This document shows positions 1-12,807 of a DNA stretch of 64,000 bases, piece by piece. The stretch's first letter is position 1. Each line of letters starts with the position of its first letter. The position numbers and the translations under genes were made by a program. The notes below the pieces were generated by a model. It worked only from the letters and a program-made list of their open reading frames with translations, searched no databases and was not told the origin of the DNA. Source of the DNA: Trypanosoma brucei (Eukaryota); the NCBI GenBank assembly GCA_000002445.1, contig CH464491.1, positions 3,136,001 to 3,200,000 on the forward strand, written 5' to 3'.

Positions 1-2596
1 CCTCGGATGAAGGCGGCGATGCCTGTTGGGAATTGTCCACCCGCCTCGGAGATTGCGGAAACAAGTGCGCTCAAACCTGCGGATGGCAGGCGCAAATAAA
101 GGACATGCGGTGGGGAGCGGGAGGGGGGTACGACGAGAGGGCACTCAACGGGTTAAGGGATATACCGCCGAAAGAAAAAAAAGTGGATCAACGCACCCTC
201 TCCTCTCCGCCGCAACCATTCCCAAAACCCTCCTTCTCACCTCTGTTGCCGTTCCCGGCCCGAGTGATGCGCACCGGTGTGAAGCCGAAGCCCTACTGCC
301 CTGTGAAGTGCTTTTGAAAGATAACAGGATACGCCCAGTTACGAGGAAGCGAAAGTTTAGGTTGCAACGCCGCATGTGCGACCTTCGACGATTCCCTCCT
401 GCTCTCAGTCGGTTGCGGGCACCTTCCTTCACATAGCCACGTGGCTTTCTCAGTCGTCTTTTTAGCTCAATCAGTCTTCCACATGTATTACCGCAGTGCG
501 GAAGTCAGCGGGTTTCTGCTTACGTTTCCTTCTGCGACCTTCAAGCGCCTCCCCGCACCATGCGGTGGTCTCTAAACTGCATCTTTAATGTGATTTTGGG
601 TGCGTGTCTGGCTCCTCCGAGCCTTCCACATTCCATGTTGGGCTACGGCTTCCCCTTGGTTCTTTCATCTTCGCTAACAACCGCGATCGCCCCATCCACT
701 TTCCGTTCCGTTGCGCAGCATTCGGTAGACAAGCCGTTCCCCATTACCACCGGGAGCCATCTTAGTAACCCCATGAGGTCTCTTAGAAGTGCCTGCAGGC
801 GCCCCGCACCAACACCTAACTCGTTATTCGCTCCGCTTCAAGGTTCCCAAGAGCCGCTCGCATTCCCCGATGCGTTGGGTTTCGGGAGCCACTTAATAGA
901 ACAAAACTGAAGGTGTGCAACCTTCACTGCTACCCTCAGGCAGCCTATCTCAGAACGGCGATACACTATACCGAGGCGAAATTATTCCAGGCTTCTGCTG
1001 CCTAAAATTTAAAAACCCTAACCCAAGGAGCACACACACACATACAGACACATTGCATCAGTCAATAACGTCATTTAAGCATCGTCCGCACCACACTTAA
1101 AATACTGCTTTCAGCACTCAAACATTACTCAAACCACTCCTAACGCAGTTGAAGTGCTAATCTCAGAGTTACCTGGAGTACTCATAAATGGCTTTTCAAA
1201 TCAAATGGAGATCACCACACTAGTAAGGCATACAGGACTCGTTACAGCTCAGTATCTCAACACACAAAGAAGGAGGCAGCACAAAGCCCACCCCAAAACA
1301 GCACACATCACTATCCACAATTGTTCGTGGAGCATTCATTTGTGTTAGCGAGACGAGCACAAGAGGAGCAGTTGGTTTCAATCCTTAGTTTGCCGTTTGC
1401 ATAATACATGGTCGAAAACCAATGCCAATATGATTCCTCCTGTGATCTGTAAAATTAACGACCCAACAAAAATTACTAATGTAGGAGTGGGAGGTTCGGC
1501 AGGGTCACGCAGGAAAACGATCGGTGCCATTAAAGGATGCTACTACCATCCAACTCGGAAGCAAATACACGGCGGCATGCATGTGATCGATAAGGAATCA
1601 AATCAAATACAATAGTGAACCCTAGCGGCATCCAAACTGTTAAGAAGATTGACGCTCCGAAGGTGGGTGAGCCAGGATAAAAACAACCAAACAATTCAGT
1701 GGGACGAGTAAGTGACACAGAGGAACCCAATATGGCCAAGTCACAGAAACTATCAGTGGGTACCACAACAAATCTGCAGAAAAAATTAATGGCGTACACT
1801 TCGCAAAACAACGCTCATCCACCATATCAACTCTCCGGTGACACAGCAGCACCAAACAGGCGCCGAGTCACCTTCCAACCCAGGAGTTACTCAGTGTGAC
1901 ACACGTATATGTTGACTTTCATGCCACCACCAGTAGTACACTCACGCTGCTTCAAACCGTGTACCAGCTAACGGCAGGTATATTCATCCAGCACTATAAA
2001 GGAATTAAGCATCTAAGGATACGCAGGCCCTGCTGATTCTGAAACAGTCCCTAATACAATATTATCCTTACCACTAGAAGTAACTAAATTCATTAACAAT
2101 CATGAGGGATATAAAGATAGCAATCGGTTTCTGGAAAAGCACCGAACCAACAGTAAAGAGAAAGTCAACAACGCAGCCACAAGCGTCGAGTTACCAAGGA
2201 GGGGGGCGGTGGTTGGAAGTATTAACGACACATAACGCGCACAACAACTGCCCAATTAAGACGCTTTGCACCCTAAGATCCCCATCAATTCATTTAACAA
2301 ACAAAGAAAGGGATGAGAGGCGGGACTATCATACAGCCACGCTGCTAAGCCTTCCTACGTTAATGCAGAGTGCGGCGGATGTGACAGCAACCCCCCAAAC
2401 CAACAGAAAAAACTCAAGGAAATTATTCTTTACTTTGTATGTGCGTTCTTCTTTCATACATCATTCGGTAGCACTGCTATAGTCAGGAGAACAGAAGCGG
2501 CTTTATTAAAGAGCAATTGCCATTCCCTTAACAACACATCATCTCCTTTAACCAAACCCCATATCTCCTTCTTTCCGATTCTTGTTCCACTCAACT

Positions 2597-2962
2597 TTAC
2601 ATATCCACAGATGGCTCCTTAGAGGGTTTCTTCCCCCTCGCAGTTAACGAGCCGCTCGGCCTTTGCCTCCGAATGCCGTCCATCTTCTCTTTCATTTCAG
2701 CCATCTGTTCCGCAAGCTTGGTGCGTGCGGCACTCAGCTTCGACAGTTTATCCTTAACTTCATCCTCGGCTTTAATTATATCGGCCTTCTGCTTCTCCAG
2801 GCCCTTCAATCTGAACTGCAGGTCCTTCATATTCTTATCGAACAGATTGTCCTGACTCCTCATGTCACCCATCAGCTCGGTCATTAAGTCCATGTTTTGC
2901 TTCCGGAACTCCGCTTCGCGCCGCGTAATGACGGCTTGCATTTCGATGAGTCTCCGGTCCAT
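2597..2962 (-). CDS. Small coiled-coil protein, 121 aa, K/E/R-rich with heptad character. Copy 1 of 3.
   Basis: ORF conserved 100% at protein level in three repeat copies (7799-8164 minus, 12808-13173 plus). Charged, low-complexity-free sequence typical of a coiled coil. Function unknown. Confidence 0.4.
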   Translation of the reverse strand: MDRRLIEMQAVITRREAEFRKQNMDLMTELMGDMRSQDNLFDKNMKDLQFRLKGLEKQKADIIKAEDEVKDKLSKLSAARTKLAEQMAEMKEKMDGIRRQRPSGSLTARGKKPSKEPSVDM

Positions 2963-3376
2963 GGTTTATTGGGATTCCTTACCGAAGTATCACTTTAAGA
3001 ATATCAGACTGCAGTAGAGGTCTTCACTGCAGTACGTAATAGCTATTCTGAATATATACACAGAACGCTATATTACGTTGTCCAAAAATATTTATATTCT
3101 CCCCGCTGTTTTACCTTTCGTTGTTCTTTCAATACGAGCCTCAGCAAAAAGAAAAAAAATGATTTACAAAAATAGCCTAATACAGGATGCTTTGTCTAGG
3201 TATCGCAAACACTTGAAAAATCTGCAACTAGTAAGGAGGAAGAAGGCACAAATTGGGAGATGGCTGTGACAGTTGTAGTGTCCATAAAATAATTAGCATA
3301 TTACTAGACACGGGAATATGGAGAGAGTACACTTAGCCACACACCAGTAGCGCTACCGGATCTCTGATACACATTT

Positions 3377-3742
3377 TCACAACCGCAACAGCATCTTATC
3401 TTGTTCCTTGTAGAAGATCCCATTGTTCACACTCATTAAGGAAGCATTAAATCGTCTCATACATAATAGAAAGGTGCTGTGGTAAAGAGAGTGGAAATCC
3501 GCCTTATGGAAGTTAAAGAGGGAATCCATAACCCAACCGGTGCACTTCACGGAATAAATTAAAGCGCACGTATCCACGTATGCACATATTGGTAAAGTTA
3601 GCAAATGCAACACAGATGACAGAGGTACCGAACACCAAACAAATATATTATCAAAGTCTTCAATAATCACATGGTGTGGCAAAATCATGAAAGATACACC
3701 GAACAAAGCGGCACGTGTCACGACTAGAGGTGTGAATGGCAA
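3377..3742 (-). CDS. Small hydrophobic protein, 121 aa, about 3 predicted TM segments. Copy 1 of 3.
   Basis: ORF identical in three repeat copies (8579-8944 minus, 12028-12393 plus). Alternating hydrophobic stretches (AALFGVSFMILP, VLHLLTLPICAY, TFLLCM). A KADF motif gives a weak resemblance to DAD1/OST2-like small membrane proteins. This is not verifiable here. Confidence 0.3.
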   Translation of the reverse strand: MPFTPLVVTRAALFGVSFMILPHHVIIEDFDNIFVWCSVPLSSVLHLLTLPICAYVDTCALIYSVKCTGWVMDSLFNFHKADFHSLYHSTFLLCMRRFNASLMSVNNGIFYKEQDKMLLRL

Positions 3743-6399
3743 ACGGCGAACAAAACACAGTCAATCAGACACCAAGCCATACGAGCATCAGGTAACTCCT
3801 AAGCGAGCCCTTCAACAGGAAAGAAGCAAAGTAACATTTTTCATCACTTGAAGGACTCCCTTCCAGTTATTGCAAGGTTAGTAAGCAGATGTCGGTTCCC
3901 TGGCTTGAATGCAAACGATGATGGTGTTGTTTGGAAATAAGCAGTGCCTATCCTTGGATGTTTTACGTTTTTTTCAGCAATTTTTCTGCGATAATGAAAA
4001 ATACCGTTCCCTCGGCTGCTTTGCGCTCCACTCCGCAGGTGACGAATATAGTTTACTAACCATATCCTGATCATCCTCACTTGATATCTTCCATAGCACG
4101 GAAGCTGTCCCGTTCATCTCGTCGGGCGGGGATCTACTTTGTAGTGATTTAATGCCACAACGGTGCACATATGATTCACGGAGCCGAATGTTCTTGTATA
4201 AACCATACGGTTCCCACCACCGTCTTTCTTTCTTTTCTTCGCCCCAGCTTAGTGGCCTAAGCAGCTTTGCCGCAACGCCTACCGTCGATCTCTTGGGTTA
4301 GGGCCCTGATTGTTGCGGCTGAGGTAAATGGTTCGGGTAATCTTTCAACCTGAGAGCAATATTCCATCCCATTAGTTTGCGGGCGGTGCTCTCAAGGGTT
4401 GCTAGCCGGAGCAATATCACATCTGCTGCGGATTTGCTTGCATTCGGGAAGTGGTATTATAATGCCCTTCCCTCCGCTTCTTCGGTGCTACACTGTGTTC
4501 CACACAGTGGCTATACAGTTTCGGTAGGTTTTTTTGTCCCCGCCGAGCTTCTATAATCCCACGCACGCATTTTCCCTGTGGACACCGTTCTCACGGATAA
4601 TCCACTTAACACTAACTTTAATTCCTCCATGGCAAGCAAGATGTGCATATAATTCCCTACCCCAGGCAGCGCCGTCTCCGGAGTCCCTAGAACCTTTGCG
4701 AATTCCCTCCTGCTAATCCCTGCAGTTGCCTTTTCTTTGCTGCTTTTGCACCCGGTGGTACCTGCCATGTACCACCACTGGGGTGCTCCGCAGCGTTGGT
4801 GCATATGCCGCATTTACTAAGCTCTGGGTTCATGACTCAGTGAGATTGTGTACACACCCACTGCTACCGCGCGTTCCCTCCAGTGCAGCATACATGGTGA
4901 CAGTGTCATGGCTGTCACGGGTTATGCCAAATATGTTCACACAAGCGTGTATTTATGGGCACTTTTCTGGTGTTAGTCTAACCGACGCTCTTCTAAACTC
5001 TCCCGTTTGTCCTGGCCAATGCACCACATACGTACAGCCCTCTATCGCCACTGACACCCTTAACTCCTTAAGGTGCCATGCTATTCGAGTGTTCCGGAAA
5101 ACCAGGTATCACTTTGCCTTCTACTCGTTCACCGCCCAGACACAACCCCCGCGTAATGCGAAGTCCACCTTAGTCTTCGTGAATGTACTTTGCCAACGCA
5201 AGTCTTTTCAGCTGGGGGAGGACTAAAGTATTCTACCGCGATCCACGTGAAATAGGATCTGTGGTGTTTTTTTTTCCGATATTACCACGCACGGTATCAG
5301 TGGTAGCAAAGCACATATAATCAAAAAAGCGTGCTTTCACGCCCAGTAGATAATAAAGATATCCCTCGCCACCACCGGAGGGGTTACGGCGTTGCTGTAT
5401 GCCCCCACCGTAGTGAACAATGGCAGTTCGGCGGCGTCAATATCCAAAGACTGAGTGATGCAGAAACTTGGTTTGTCCTACAAGGGTATCCGCACAAGAT
5501 GCATGTGCGACACCCCTACTTGCATGCAGAACAGGTGCCTGTTGTGCAACTTCGAAAGCAAATTAGGTCGTTTCTCCGTAACGCATTAAGCTGGGTGAGG
5601 ACAATCATTTAACATCAGAGGACACTGTAAAGGTGTAAGAAGTCTTAGCGGTCGCGCACAGTCAATGCGACAAACACATTCATGTTGTCCTGTGTTTAGT
5701 GCCACAGCCAGAATAAAGGAGCCTGCAGTAGAAAGTAATAAGCTCCTTTCCGCCCCCACCCCGTTCAGGTAGCAGTTCCGTGTTCCCCCATGGTGGGGTT
5801 CCTGTGGAGGCCAATCAACACTGAAAAATATTGGCAACAAAACGAGACTCAGCGAAGAGTAGGCAAACAAAATAAAAAAAAAGTGCAATTGCTCTGCCTA
5901 ACACACTGTTGTTATAGTATCCCTGAGTCCGGAAGGCGGCGCCCCATGCATCGCGCAACGTCACAAAGTCAACCAAACACAGAGAGCATGCAGATTGATA
6001 TCACACGGAAATGATGAACATTCGTCCGTCAGAGGAGGGGAAATAGCGACGGCACGCGCCACTTATCTCGAGAACACGGTAACAAGCACGGCAGCAAACG
6101 ATACGACCCGCACTTAAATATTTCTTTACTTTTCATTGTCTACATACCAGAAACGCAACACCGCCATATCTCTTAAAATCTGCACACCCTTTCATTTCTG
6201 CGCACTAGTTTATGAAAAAAAAACAAAGAGTCCCCAAGACAAGCTTGATGCCCAGAAACCACAGTTACTAAACGGTACATCACATTCTTCAGTGCTTCCC
6301 CCTACACCAAAAAGTTGGAAAAACAAACAAACATATGCTACATCAACATTACGACACTGCAGAGCTCCAGAGACATGATTCACACATGCAGAAACAATT

Positions 6400-6987
6400 A
6401 AAGACAAAACAACTAAAGGACAGAGATGACATATTTTTGTAATAACAATATGGGCACCAACATTTTTCGGAAGATCAGCTAAGGGTAAAAAAAACATATA
6501 TACACATCAGATCCAACCTACAAAATTCAACAAAAAGGAAAGCACAGCAAAAGATCTAGCAAATATATGTAGTAAAACAGAAACGAAGACACAGCAATTA
6601 TTTATATTATTAAAATTACAAATTCTAAACACATTTTAATAAATCAACAAAGCTCCAAGAATGTCAAAAAAAAAAACACGTAACCCACAACAATAAACAA
6701 AACAGGAAACCGCCACCCACAAAAACTGCAACAGCCAACAAAATAGGATTAAACAAAAAAATGAAAAACCCCTCCGTCACCATAAAAACAAATTAATAAT
6801 ATACTAAGAAGAAAAAGCAACCATCCACCACCGAACACAAAAAAATAAGAATATAATATATAAAAAATAAAAAAATTCTAACAAATTATACGGAAGTGGA
6901 ATCTAAATGTAAATATATACAACACCGACTAAAAATCATAAAAAAACAAGAGCAAAAAATACATGAGCATAATTGACAACAAAAAAA
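6400..6987. repeat. A/C-rich low-complexity tract (poly-A runs, AACA/AAAC-like microsatellites) immediately preceding repeat copy 2.
   Basis: Direct inspection shows about 80% A on the plus strand. A mirror-image T/G-rich tract follows the inverted copy at about 14920-15600. Confidence 0.8.
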
Positions 6988-7798
6988 TTAATGGCGTACA
7001 CTTCGCAAAACAACGCTCATCCACCATATCAACTCTCCGGTGACACAGCAGCACCAAACAGGCGCCGAGTCACCTTCCAACCCAGGAGTTACTCAGTGTG
7101 ACACACGTATATGTTGACTTTCATGCCACCACCAGTAGTACACTCACGCTGCTTCAAACCGTGTACCAGCTAACGGCAGGTATATTCATCCAGCACTATA
7201 AAGGAATTAAGCATCTAAGGATACGCAGGCCCTGCTGATTCTGAAACAGTCCCTAATACAATATTATCCTTACCACTAGAAGTAACTAAATTCATTAACA
7301 ATCATGAGGGATATAAAGATAGCAATCGGTTTCTGGAAAAGCACCGAACCAACAGTAAAGAGAAAGTCAACAACGCAGCCACAAGCGTCGAGTTACCAAG
7401 GAGGGGGGCGGTGGTTGGAAGTATTAACGACACATAACGCGCACAACAACTGCCCAATTAAGACGCTTTGCACCCTAAGATCCCCATCAATTCATTTAAC
7501 AAACAAAGAAAGGGATGAGAGGCGGGACTATCATACAGCCACGCTGCTAAGCCTTCCTACGTTAATGCAGAGTGCGGCGGATGTGACAGCAACCCCCCAA
7601 ACCAACAGAAAAAACTCAAGGAAATTATTCTTTACTTTGTATGTGCGTTCTTCTTTCATACATCATTCGGTAGCACTGCTATAGTCAGGAGAACAGAAGC
7701 GGCTTTATTAAAGAGCAATTGCCATTCCCTTAACAACACATCATCTCCTTTAACCAAACCCCATATCTCCTTCTTTCCGATTCTTGTTCCACTCAACT

Positions 7799-8164
7799 TT
7801 ACATATCCACAGATGGCTCCTTAGAGGGTTTCTTCCCCCTCGCAGTTAACGAGCCGCTCGGCCTTTGCCTCCGAATGCCGTCCATCTTCTCTTTCATTTC
7901 AGCCATCTGTTCCGCAAGCTTGGTGCGTGCGGCACTCAGCTTCGACAGTTTATCCTTAACTTCATCCTCGGCTTTAATTATATCGGCCTTCTGCTTCTCC
8001 AGGCCCTTCAATCTGAACTGCAGGTCCTTCATATTCTTATCGAACAGATTGTCCTGACTCCTCATGTCACCCATCAGCTCGGTCATTAAGTCCATGTTTT
8101 GCTTCCGGAACTCCGCTTCGCGCCGCGTAATGACGGCTTGCATTTCGATGAGTCTCCGGTCCAT
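7799..8164 (-). CDS. Small coiled-coil protein, 121 aa. Copy 2.
   Basis: Identical translation to 2597-2962. Confidence 0.4.
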   Translation of the reverse strand: MDRRLIEMQAVITRREAEFRKQNMDLMTELMGDMRSQDNLFDKNMKDLQFRLKGLEKQKADIIKAEDEVKDKLSKLSAARTKLAEQMAEMKEKMDGIRRQRPSGSLTARGKKPSKEPSVDM

Positions 8165-8578
8165 GGTTTATTGGGATTCCTTACCGAAGTATCACTTTAA
8201 GAATATCAGACTGCAGTAGAGGTCTTCACTGCAGTACGTAATAGCTATTCTGAATATATACACAGAACGCTATATTACGTTGTCCAAAAATATTTATATT
8301 CTCCCCACTGTTTTACCTTTCGTTGTTCTTTCAATACGAGCCTCAGCAAAAAGAAAAAAAATGATTTACAAAAATAGCCTAATACAGGATGCTTTGTCTA
8401 GGTATCGCAAACACTTGAAAAATCTGCAACTAGTAAGGAGGAAGAAGGCACAAATTGGGAGATGGCTGTGACAGTTGTAGTGTCCATAAAATAATTAGCA
8501 TATTACTAGACACGGGAATATGGAGAGAGTACACTTAGCCACACACCAGTAGCGCTACCGGATCTCTGATACACATTT

Positions 8579-8944
8579 TCACAACCGCAACAGCATCTTA
8601 TCTTGTTCCTTGTAGAAGATCCCATTGTTCACACTCATTAAGGAAGCATTAAATCGTCTCATACATAATAGAAAGGTGCTGTGGTAAAGAGAGTGGAAAT
8701 CCGCCTTATGGAAGTTAAAGAGGGAATCCATAACCCAACCGGTGCACTTCACGGAATAAATTAAAGCGCACGTATCCACGTATGCACATATTGGTAAAGT
8801 TAGCAAATGCAACACAGATGACAGAGGTACCGAACACCAAACAAATATATTATCAAAGTCTTCAATAATCACATGGTGTGGCAAAATCATGAAAGATACA
8901 CCGAACAAAGCGGCACGTGTCACGACTAGAGGTGTGAATGGCAA
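8579..8944 (-). CDS. Small multi-TM protein, 121 aa. Copy 2.
   Basis: Identical translation to 3377-3742. Confidence 0.3.
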   Translation of the reverse strand: MPFTPLVVTRAALFGVSFMILPHHVIIEDFDNIFVWCSVPLSSVLHLLTLPICAYVDTCALIYSVKCTGWVMDSLFNFHKADFHSLYHSTFLLCMRRFNASLMSVNNGIFYKEQDKMLLRL

Positions 8945-9102
8945 ACGGCGAACAAAACACAGTCAATCAGACACCAAGCCATACGAGCATCAGGTAACTC
9001 CTAAGCGAGCCCTTCAACAGGAAAGAAGCAAAGTAACATTTTTCATCACTTGAAGGACTCCCTTCCAGTTATTGCAAGGTTAGTAAGCAGGTGTCGGTTC
9101 CT

Positions 9103-9670
9103 TGGCCCAATAGATAATCTTCCTTATTGATGCTCACATTCAATACGCCGAAAGAAATGGTACGGTGCGATTACCACCTCGGAAAAAAGCTCCACCCATG
9201 TAATGGATCCCCAATATAAGGGGCGTGCAACCTGGAAAGAAGGGCAAAAATAAAAAAGAGCCATCGCGGTTACACCTCGCCTTTACGCACTGTATGTGAT
9301 GTTCATGCCAAGCACACCCGTACTCCGCTACGTCCTCGCTGGCTCTGGAATCCCGCTGCCATGGAGGGGTGCCCACTCATGGTGGGGATGAAGACGCGTG
9401 GCGCCTGCCGCGCTGGGCAGGGGGGCGGGGGAAAGCGGAGGGAGGCCAGGCGACGTTTTTAACCGCCTGTGCGTCTCAGATTATCACCCCATATAGCACT
9501 GACCTACCCAGATTGGGAATTGCGAGCTCATTACCACTTCGTAAAAGATGGAACGACCAACACACGGCAACCAGCACATCGGCCCACGCACCCCTCCCTT
9601 CTCCACCAGGGGAGAAGCAAGAGTAGTGAATGCGACACCGCCTTGGGCATCTCACTGCGTTACCGCGGCC
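9103..9670. repeat. Inner palindrome arm B (left). G+C-rich, non-coding in appearance.
   Basis: Reverse-complement of 11297-11868. Symmetry axis near 10486 (for example ORF 9140-9376 minus equals 11596-11832 plus). Contains GGGGGGCGGGGG. Confidence 0.85.
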
Positions 9671-11296
9671 CTACATCAACCGGATGCCCGAGTGAAATAG
9701 GATGGCCGCACTAAATAATATACTAGCAACCGCGGACCTGGCTTCTGGTAGACCCGTTGTTTTTATTGGCGATATAATTTTTTTTGTTTAAGCTTGTTAC
9801 ACCACTTTTTGTAGTTTGCTGAATAGGTATCTCCTTATATCTCTTGTCATCGGTATTAGATAACGGTAAAGGTGCTGAGCTGAATGTGGAGGTTTTACCT
9901 TTTTTCATTGGAAGCTGACCTATTATGTGCGTTAGGGTCTTAAGGCATTAAATGTTGCTATGAGCAGAGGGGTATATTGCCTTCAGCGCGTGTGTGTCTT
10001 CTCTGGGTGTGCGGTGCTTCCTTCCCAGAGAGGCACACCGTTCGCGACCAAAGGTCTGTTTAAAACCGTTGCTTCAGGTGTGCCGGCGGCCCTTCAACAT
10101 GATTGTTCTCGAACACTGTTTTGTTTAGCTGACTATGTGGACTTAAGGTAGGGAAAATACACTACCTTATTTAAACATTTTAGCACAAAAAATAAATCAG
10201 CAATTGCGGGGGATTTTACAAGTAACCTTTTGTTTCAACTGAAATCAGGAATACAAGGGTCGAATCTTCAGCGGAAATGGTGGCCTACCAAGTTAAGGAT
10301 ACAAAACTGACGGAGCACAAAACCACATCTGGACTCATGCGTAGACCGCGCCACTGTAGTGCCGAGTCATGTGTCAGAGTGAGAGGCGCCTTTGACAACA
10401 CGACTGGACAACTACTCGATTTCCCGTTTCAATATGCGCCACTCCGCCTAAGCATATTCTGCGCTCACTTTCAGGTGAAACGACCTCCAGAAGAGGAAAA
10501 GGTAAAATTAAAGCAGCAGAGCAACAACATGAGCAACCGTGAAAACAATAGATGCAAGTAACAGCATTCTGTAACAGAGGGCGCGTGTTCTGCGCGAAGT
10601 GCGTGTTAAGGGCTGGTGAAAGCCGCCGCCACTCAAAGAAAATTGGTTACTTAGCCCCGCCAAATCCCTGTATTTTAGTTTGGCCGCGCCCTTGTTGCTC
10701 CAGCCGCACGGCGTACACGCGTATTAGCATAGAATTCTCAACCATTCTTCCCGTATAATCTTAAACCTCTTCGGGGGAGCGTAATTGACTAACGCCACGC
10801 CTGAACGTATCTAAGGGCCTTCTGGAAATAATTTTTGCCTTGCAACGGATCTAGTGCGCTCCCCACTATGAGTTGATACCGTTGCCTTTCCGCCCCACTT
10901 TAATCCTCGTAGAATAAGATGAAGCCGCTCGGCTTTCGCTATCCGAGTAGGGTGCCGGAGCCTGGTAGCACGTTTGGGTGGCCCGCATCGCCAGGAGAAA
11001 CGAAATTATATCATTTCCCGCGATACACACCAAAACTTAACAAATACACCAGAGGCTAACTATTTCTTTACATTAGGCACTTCCTGCCAAAACAGCTGAT
11101 CGACACCGTCTCAACAAATGTAAGGCGTGGCTGTGAGCCTTCCTGGGGTCAGGAGGCGGCGGCGATGCAAGTGCCGGTTGGCGCCGGGGTGCCTGAATCG
11201 TTTGGGACTGTGGCCAGCACCCTTCGTATAAAACGCTTGCGAGTCGCCGGCCCCTCACGATTTGAGCATTACGTGCTTGTTGGCATTGAGGTTACA
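9671..11296. other. Unique 1.6-kb spacer at the centre of the palindrome. Putative divergent strand-switch or transcription-initiation region.
   Basis: Sequence between the two inverted arms has no counterpart elsewhere in the window. Genes on the left arm are minus and genes on the right arm are plus, so they diverge from here. Confidence 0.5.
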
Positions 11297-12027
11297 GTGC
11301 TGGCCGCGGTAACGCAGTGAGATGCCCAAGGCGGTGTCGCATTCACTACTCTTGCTTCTCCCCTGGTGGAGAAGGGAGGGGTGCGTGGGCCGATGTGCTG
11401 GTTGCCGTGTGTTGGTCGTTCCATCTTTTACGAAGTGGTAATGAGCTCGCAATTCCCAATCTGGGTAGGTCAGTGCTATATGGGGTGATAATCTGAGACG
11501 CACAGGCGGTTAAAAACGTCGCCTGGCCTCCCTCCGCTTTCCCCCGCCCCCCTGCCCAGCGCGGCAGGCGCCACGCGTCTTCATCCCCACCATGAGTGGG
11601 CACCCCTCCATGGCAGCGGGATTCCAGAGCCAGCGAGGACGTAGCGGAGTACGGGTGTGCTTGGCATGAACATCACATACAGTGCGTAAAGGCGAGGTGT
11701 AACCGCGATGGCTCTTTTTTATTTTTGCCCTTCTTTCCAGGTTGCACGCCCCTTATATTGGGGATCCATTACATGGGTGGAGCTTTTTTCCGAGGTGGTA
11801 ATCGCACCGTACCATTTCTTTCGGCGTATTGAATGTGAGCATCAATAAGGAAGATTATCTATTGGGCCAAGGAACCGACATCTGCTTACTAACCTTGCAA
11901 TAACTGGAAGGGAGTCCTTCAAGTGATGAAAAATGTTACTTTGCTTCTTTCCTGTTGAAGGGCTCGCTTAGGAGTTACCTGATGCTCGTATGGCTTGGTG
12001 TCTGATTGACTGTGTTTTGTTCGCCGT

Positions 12028-12393
12028 TTGCCATTCACACCTCTAGTCGTGACACGTGCCGCTTTGTTCGGTGTATCTTTCATGATTTTGCCACACCATG
12101 TGATTATTGAAGACTTTGATAATATATTTGTTTGGTGTTCGGTACCTCTGTCATCTGTGTTGCATTTGCTAACTTTACCAATATGTGCATACGTGGATAC
12201 GTGCGCTTTAATTTATTCCGTGAAGTGCACCGGTTGGGTTATGGATTCCCTCTTTAACTTCCATAAGGCGGATTTCCACTCTCTTTACCACAGCACCTTT
12301 CTATTATGTATGAGACGATTTAATGCTTCCTTAATGAGTGTGAACAATGGGATCTTCTACAAGGAACAAGATAAGATGCTGTTGCGGTTGTGA
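12028..12393 (+). CDS. Small multi-TM protein, 121 aa. Copy 3 (inverted).
   Basis: Identical translation to 3377-3742. Confidence 0.3.
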   Translation: MPFTPLVVTRAALFGVSFMILPHHVIIEDFDNIFVWCSVPLSSVLHLLTLPICAYVDTCALIYSVKCTGWVMDSLFNFHKADFHSLYHSTFLLCMRRFNASLMSVNNGIFYKEQDKMLLRL

Positions 12394-12807
12394 AAATGTG
12401 TATCAGAGATCCGGTAGCGCTACTGGTGTGTGGCTAAGTGTACTCTCTCCATATTCCCGTGTCCAGTAATATGCTAATTATTTTATGGACACTACAACTG
12501 TCACAGCCATCTCCCAATTTGTGCCTTCTTCCTCCTTACTAGTTGCAGATTTTTCAAGTGTTTGCGATACCTAGACAAAGCATCCTGTATTAGGCTATTT
12601 TTGTAAATCATTTTTTTTCTTTTTGCTGAGGCTCGTATTGAAAGAACAACGAAAGGTAAAACAGAGGGGAGAATATAAATATTTTTGGACAACGTAATAT
12701 AGCGTTCTGTGTATATATTCAGAATAGCTATTACGTACTGCAGTGAAGACCTCTACTGCAGTCTGATATTCTTAAAGTGATACTTCGGTAAGGAATCCCA
12801 ATAAACC

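Larger units (their letters stand above)
1012..3899. repeat. Repeat unit copy 1 (A1). About 2.9 kb. Carries the coiled-coil and multi-TM small genes on the minus strand.
   Basis: Near-identical to 6988-9102 (direct) and to 11869-14915 (inverted). ORF-track proteins at 2597-2962, 3377-3742, 2102-2482 and 3078-3269 recur verbatim in the other copies. Confidence 0.85.
6988..9102. repeat. Repeat unit copy 2 (A2). Direct duplicate of 1777-3899.
   Basis: Base-for-base alignment with copy 1 from aaaaaattaatggcgtacacttcgc onward. The only difference noticed is g to a at the site equivalent to 3105 (8307). Confidence 0.85.

Noticed and set aside
100-400. Short words resembling 5S rRNA start (gggtacgac), the LSU sarcin-ricin loop and the peptidyl-transferase loop (gataacagg...ccttcga).
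   Set aside because: Matches break down after 8-12 nt. True kinetoplastid rRNA is far more conserved in these regions. Not rRNA.
1016-1024. ccctaaccc (1.5 telomeric repeats) at the outer end of repeat copy 1 and mirrored at about 14905-14914 in the inverted copy. Considered a telomerase-RNA template or an interstitial telomere.
   Set aside because: Only a 9-10-mer. It is expected by chance about 0.5 times in 64 kb on two strands. There is no flanking TTAGGG array and no other telomerase RNA features I can verify.
1355-1420. agttggtttcaatcc resembling merged tRNA D-loop and T-loop consensus. Considered a tRNA gene at the repeat unit.
   Set aside because: No cloverleaf can be drawn. Acceptor and anticodon stems are absent.
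2102-2482. 126-aa ORF (and its copies at 7304-7684 and 13602-13817) inside the repeat unit.
   Set aside because: Composition (T/Q/N/H-rich, no hydrophobic core) and orientation opposite to the two plausible genes suggest a chance ORF that is preserved only because the whole unit is duplicated.
9140-9714. ORFs in the G-rich arm B and B-prime (for example MPTHGGDEDAWRLPRWAGGRGKAEGG).
   Set aside because: Gly/Arg/Pro-rich translations of GC-rich non-coding DNA. More likely regulatory sequence than protein.
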